A stretch of DNA of 64,000 bases from Cladosporium halotolerans (taxonomy: Eukaryota). Shown in pieces: positions 59,097-64,000 of the stretch. The stretch spans positions 682,001-746,000 of the forward strand of contig NW_027191452.1 of the NCBI RefSeq assembly GCF_011745625.1, in the 5' to 3' direction. Position 1 is the first letter of the stretch. The number at the start of each line of letters is the position of its first letter. Under the pieces are notes generated by a model that saw only the letters and a program-made list of their open reading frames with translations, ran no database searches and was not told the origin of the DNA. The position numbers and the translations under genes were made by a program.

Positions 59097-60324
59097 TCTT
59101 TTTCGTTATGGGACTTGATCAAATTTGACGGGAAGAAGGTGTTCGTTCCACTAGGACCAGAGGTTCATAAGGTCTGCAGCTTGAATGAAGAACAATGTCA
59201 GCTGAACGGTCACGGCTCAAGCACAGCCGCCTGAAGGATCGCGCTAAAGTATCCCGTTAGAACCGCGCGCCACTAGAAATCATTGGGATTTTGGCAGGCA
59301 GAATCAGTTCCAAAGGCCGCAATTGTTCGAATGCGGTCTGAGCCTGGCCCCTCGCAGGATATTGCCTTGCAATCCTTGAGCAATTGCTTGTTGTGGGCTT
59401 TGGAAGAGCCCAAGCAAAGTCGTGGTCACTTGGTGATGTTCCAGAAATCAAGTCTTCGGTTAGCGTGCCGAAACCGAAGCGACGCCGGTCAATCCGTGAG
59501 AAATAGCGGGTGCGAGGCTGTGTGACCGATCGCATTGAATGGCGCGAGAGCCCTAGCGCCTGAGGAGTCACTCACGACTCTCCGAATACAGGATCAGGCG
59601 ATGTCCGCTATTACATCATTCCTCTGCACACATTCGGCTCTGATGCTCTTGACTCAACACTTGCACTGCTGCGCCGCCTAGAGTGAGAGATTGGGATCGT
59701 GAGGGAAGGCATCCACGTCTTATGTGAAGCTTAAGATTTACCCGGCATTGGAGAAATGATTAATTGAGCCCCTCCGCTTCAACAATACTCGTACACACAG
59801 CTTGCTACCTCCTCTCTGGGAAACGTTGTTCTGAACCTCTTCTCCGAAGGCTCTTGAGTTCTGGGTATCCCGATAGTATCTCGTAGTCGTTGTATGGAGC
59901 ATTGCATCTGCGGCGATACGCTCAAAGCGGCGCAGGCGAGTTTACAATGTTTACATCCTCGGGCAGATTCATTGATGCGATCGTATTCTTTCTCCCGACT
60001 GTGCCAGTGCACATGAAATTTTCCATGTCTCAAGATCTACTTAGTTGGAATACCATAATTTGAGACCTGAAGGTGGTGAATAGCATTCAGTTACGAGTGT
60101 GTCTATATTTAGCACCCTTGTTGCTCGTAGCTCGTTCCTGGTTGGTTGATGGTTGCCGTGACGCAGGAGGGGCGTTTGGGTTTTGGTGGGGTGTTTGCGA
60201 AGCTGGTCTGGCCCTGCAGCAGAGGCGCACTGTAAGGCGGAACTTCTTGTATCTGGTACTTTTCACTTGCCTCAATCCACATTTCTCCTTCTGTTCATCA
60301 GCATTGCAATTTACACAAACCACC

Positions 60325-61875
60325 ATGGCAGCCGCGATTAAAGACACTGTCAATAACATGCTCTCCGCCCTCAACCTGGGCGGTGAGAAGGCCGGCCAGG
60401 ATGCCCCACCGCAACCTCCCTCCGAATCCGATTTCACTGAGCTCAAGCAAAAGTATGAGAAGGCAGGCCAGGGCCATGTCTTCCAATATTGGGAGGAGCT
60501 CAAGCCCGAAGAGAAGGGTGCCATCTTCCAGCAGCTCCAGCCCATCGACCCTGAGCACATCAACAATATCACCGAGAAGGCCCTCAACCCGCCTGAGGAG
60601 AAGAGCGAGGAGAGCAAGCCCAGTCTGGACCAACTGCCTGATTCAGCCACCTCGTCTGTCATCGACAGCAAGAGCGGTGACTTGGACAAGTGGTACGAGT
60701 CCGGTCTCAAGCTCATCTCTGAGAACCAGGTAGCTGTCGTTCTCATGGCGGGCGGCCAGGGCACCAGACTGGGCAGCTCCGCCCCTAAGGGCTGCTTCGA
60801 CATTGGCTTGCCGAGCAAGAAGAGCCTTTTCCAGTTGCAGGCAGAGCGTATCTGGAAGCTGCAGCACCTTGCCAGCAAGACTTACAACAAGGAAGACGTC
60901 AGCGTGCCTTGGTACATCATGACTTCGGGCCCCACCCGCAAGCCTACCGAGCAGTTCTTCGAGGAGAACAAGTACTTTGGCCTGAACAGGAACAACGTCA
61001 TCTTCTTCGAACAGGGTGTGTTGCCTTGTATCAGCAACGAGGGCAAGATTCTGTTGGAGAACAAGGGCAAGGTCGCTGTCGCACCTGACGGCAACGGCGG
61101 TATCTACCAGGCGCTGATCAGCTCTGGCGTTGTCCAGGACATGGGCAAGCGTGGAGTCAAGCACATCCACGCCTACTGCGTTGACAACTGCCTCGTTCGT
61201 GTCGCTGACCCGACCTTCATCGGTTTCAGTGCCGAGAAGGATGTTGAGATCGCGACCAAGGTCGTTCGCAAGCGCAACGCCAAGGAGAGTGTCGGCCTCA
61301 TCCTGCAGAAGAACGGCAAGCCTGCTGTCGTCGAGTACAGCGAAATCAGCACGGAGCTTGCTGAGGCCAAGGACCCTAAGGACAGCGAGCTGCTCAAGTT
61401 CCGTGCCGCCAACATTGTCAACCACTACTACAGCTTCCGTTTCCTTGAGAGCATTCCGGACTGGGCTCACAAGCTGCCTCACCACGTTGCGAAGAAGAAA
61501 ATCCCTTGCGTCAATGACAAAGGCGAGCAAATCAAGCCCGAGAAGCCCAACGGCATCAAGCTCGAGCAGTTCGTCTTTGACTGCTTCCCCTTCCTGCCTA
61601 TGGACAAGTTCGCGTGTATGGAAGTGAAGCGTGAGGACGAGTTCTCTCCTCTCAAGAATGCAAAGGGCACTGGCGAGGATGACCCCGACACCAGCCGCAA
61701 GGACATCCTGCTGCAAGGCAAGAGATTCTTGGAGGAGGCCGGGGCTACTGTCATCAGCGAGGAGTCTGATGCAGGCGTGGAAGTCAGCCCGCTCATTAGC
61801 TACGGCGGTGAGGGACTAGACTTCCTCAAGGGTAGAGAGATCAAGGCTCCTGCTGTTATCGAGAAGGAAGACTAG
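60325..61875 (+). CDS. QRI1: UDP-N-acetylglucosamine pyrophosphorylase (Qri1/Uap1)
   Basis: [50 protein letters not shown] in CACCATGG context. Confidence 0.96.
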   Translation: MAAAIKDTVNNMLSALNLGGEKAGQDAPPQPPSESDFTELKQKYEKAGQGHVFQYWEELKPEEKGAIFQQLQPIDPEHINNITEKALNPPEEKSEESKPSLDQLPDSATSSVIDSKSGDLDKWYESGLKLISENQVAVVLMAGGQGTRLGSSAPKGCFDIGLPSKKSLFQLQAERIWKLQHLASKTYNKEDVSVPWYIMTSGPTRKPTEQFFEENKYFGLNRNNVIFFEQGVLPCISNEGKILLENKGKVAVAPDGNGGIYQALISSGVVQDMGKRGVKHIHAYCVDNCLVRVADPTFIGFSAEKDVEIATKVVRKRNAKESVGLILQKNGKPAVVEYSEISTELAEAKDPKDSELLKFRAANIVNHYYSFRFLESIPDWAHKLPHHVAKKKIPCVNDKGEQIKPEKPNGIKLEQFVFDCFPFLPMDKFACMEVKREDEFSPLKNAKGTGEDDPDTSRKDILLQGKRFLEEAGATVISEESDAGVEVSPLISYGGEGLDFLKGREIKAPAVIEKED

Positions 61876-62775
61876 CACGCGTATTGACTGGTGAAGTTGC
61901 ACGTTGGTGACCAGTCTTGTTACACGGCGTTTTGGATTATTAGCACTCTATAAAAGGAAATGAATGACGATGCCACGGACACCCCTAGAATCCAAATATC
62001 CCACGTTTGACGGCATTGATCGTATAATCAAAACATTTTAGATTACGAGCGAAGCAACACAACACGAAAGTAGTATCTTGCTCTTCTCACACCAATGCAT
62101 GCACTTAGAATTAGAAGCGCTCGCATTGGCAAATGCCTTCGTCATTTCGTCCCCGCACGCTCCAACGCTCCAGTCGGGAGTGCCGTCCGCGGCTAAAGCC
62201 AATTGGCTCGCCTGCAGGCTTTTTTGCGGTGCGCATCCCACCTTCGGTTGGCCAGCTTTGCGATCTCCCTTCTTCTGACCGTCTACAACCAACAACTACT
62301 TCCTTGCATTATTCTCAGACTGTTAGTCGGAGGGCTGTTGTGGAAGTGAAGAAGAGCTGTGCAGAAAAAGGACGAAAGAGACCGGAACTTTTGCGGAAAC
62401 AGGTGAGTGGATGGCGAACCTTTTTCTTATGGGATGCGGAAGAGATGGAATCGGATGCGCACAACAGCATGATTGTTGAGTCTGAGGGAATGAGCTCGGA
62501 GCAATGTTGTCGCAAGATACGGTATGAGACTCATGGAAATGGTCACGTGTCGTCGTGCCAGAGCTCTGGGAATCGGAAACGGATGCGTACACGGAGGCGA
62601 AAGTGGGCTTGTGCGAACGGATACCATCGTTTCGTTGCAGGAAGGGAGACCACGCACAATGGCTTGGACACGGCATCGCGCCAGGGATCCGGGAATGTGG
62701 AATGCTGAATGGATGAGTCATCTGAAAGTCTCACATCTGACGAGCACCTTGCAGACAACCGAAACAGATATCAAC

Positions 62776-63641
62776 ATGTCTTCCCTCTCCCGTCGTGCGT
62801 GCTACAAGTGTGGCAACGTTGGCCACTACGCCGAGGTGTGCTCTAGCAGCGAGCGTCTCTGCTACAACTGCAAGCAGCCGGGTGAGTAATCTGCCATACG
62901 CGCGACCTCATGCCAGCGCTGATAGTTCAATAGGCCACGAGAGCAACACCTGCCCTCACCCCAGGACCACCGAGAGTAAGCTGCCGCAACAGAGATACAC
63001 AGATAAGCTTGTCCACTCACATTTCGAATAGCCAAGCAGTGCTACCACTGCCAGGGCCTCGGCCACGTCCAGGCTGATTGCCCGACCCTCCGCATCAGCG
63101 GCGGCGCTGCCAATGGCCGCTGCTACTCTTGCGGTCAGCCCGGCCACCTCGCCGTATGTCACGCTTCATCCGAATTCAGAGTACTTATCAATTAACGGAT
63201 TGACAGAGGAGCTGCCCTACCCCTGGTGCTGGCGCCGTCGCCCCGGTCGGCCGTGGTGCTGGCCCTGCCTTCAGAGGTGGGTTCGCCGGTCGCGGCGGTT
63301 TCGCTGGCGGCCGTGCTACCAGCTGCTACAAGTGCGGTGGCCCCAACCACTTCGCGCGTGACTGCCAGGCTCAGGCCATGAAGTGCTACGCTTGCGGCAA
63401 GCTCGGCCACATCTCCCGTGACTGCTCTGCCCCTAACGGCGGCCCCCTCAACGCAGCTGGCAAGACTTGCTACAGGTGCGGTGAGGCTGGCCACATCAGC
63501 AGGGACTGCGCCCAGTCCGTCGAGACTGGCGGTATCCCCCCTATCAACGGCGAGGCCAACATCACCCCCGCCGCTGTCCCGAACCCTGAGGCTGCCGCCG
63601 TTCAGGCCGCGCCTGTTGCTCCTGCCCCGATCGTGGCTTAG
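62776..63641 (+). CDS. GIS2: CCHC zinc-knuckle RNA-binding protein Gis2/CNBP; introns 62882-62933, 62976-63031, 63154-63206
   Basis: Seven CX2CX4HX4C knuckles after splicing (MSSLSRRACYKCGNVGHYAEVC...), with an RGG linker. Confidence 0.93.
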
Positions 63642-64000
63642 ATAGCCCCGGTTGCGTAGGCAGTGCTCGACTGGTCATCCAGCACGACGCAGCAACACCA
63701 CTTACGACCAACATTCTCTTCTATATAACCATTCAACATCTCGGCATGGCGTCCTTCCATTTCACAAATCGCAATTTCCAGCGTTTAACCAAACGAACGA
63801 CCCCTCACGGACACGACATTCAGACCAACAAAAGCGTTTTCCCCTTGAACGAAATCACGACCCAGCATATACCCCCGTACGCGAGCCTTAGTGCGGAGGA
63901 TCGAGAGACAAAGGAGGACTTACAGGGCTTTCCTGCTTGTAGAAGTCAGGCCCTTGAGTCGCGGGAGGGAGATTGAGAAAAGCTTGCAACGTATGGGGCG

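Noticed and set aside
36074..61716. Long antisense ORFs (36074-37375, 46103-47212, 49508-50752, 51230-52135, 55166-55984, 60643-61716)
   Set aside because: They lie opposite well-supported genes and are shadows of GC-biased codon usage, with no recognisable motifs.

Overview
Gene-dense eukaryotic DNA from a filamentous ascomycete. Introns are mostly short (about 50-80 nt), GT-AG, with CTRAC-type branch points; a Dothideomycete origin is my inference only. I reconstructed about 26 protein-coding genes by hand, joining exons. Most are conserved housekeeping genes: RVS167 3' end, glutathione peroxidase, Uls1/Ris1 SNF2-RING helicase, Zn2Cys6 factor, Nup85, cyclophilin-RRM, GH5, Grr1, arrestin, TFIIA large subunit, Acr3, Swr1, complex I ASHI, mitochondrial LysRS, Pxa1, MFS sugar/quinate permease, UDP-GlcNAc pyrophosphorylase and Gis2. 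I saw no tRNA, rRNA, CRISPR, intact transposon or secondary-metabolite cluster. The most unusual signals are: (1) a 423-nt TOA1 intron with many nested helices, one of which covers a premature-stop-generating alternative 3' splice site; (2) a radical-SAM lysine 2,3-aminomutase with a mitochondrial-type presequence, followed by a ~200-nt fold-back element and a convergent orphan ORF; (3) a cysteine-free peroxiredoxin-fold gene that the ORF track misses; (4) a probable AUA start codon in a strong context; (5) two long, structured, introner-like introns; (6) repeated abrupt C-rich to G-rich strand switches inside genes. All family assignments come from motif recognition, not database searches.
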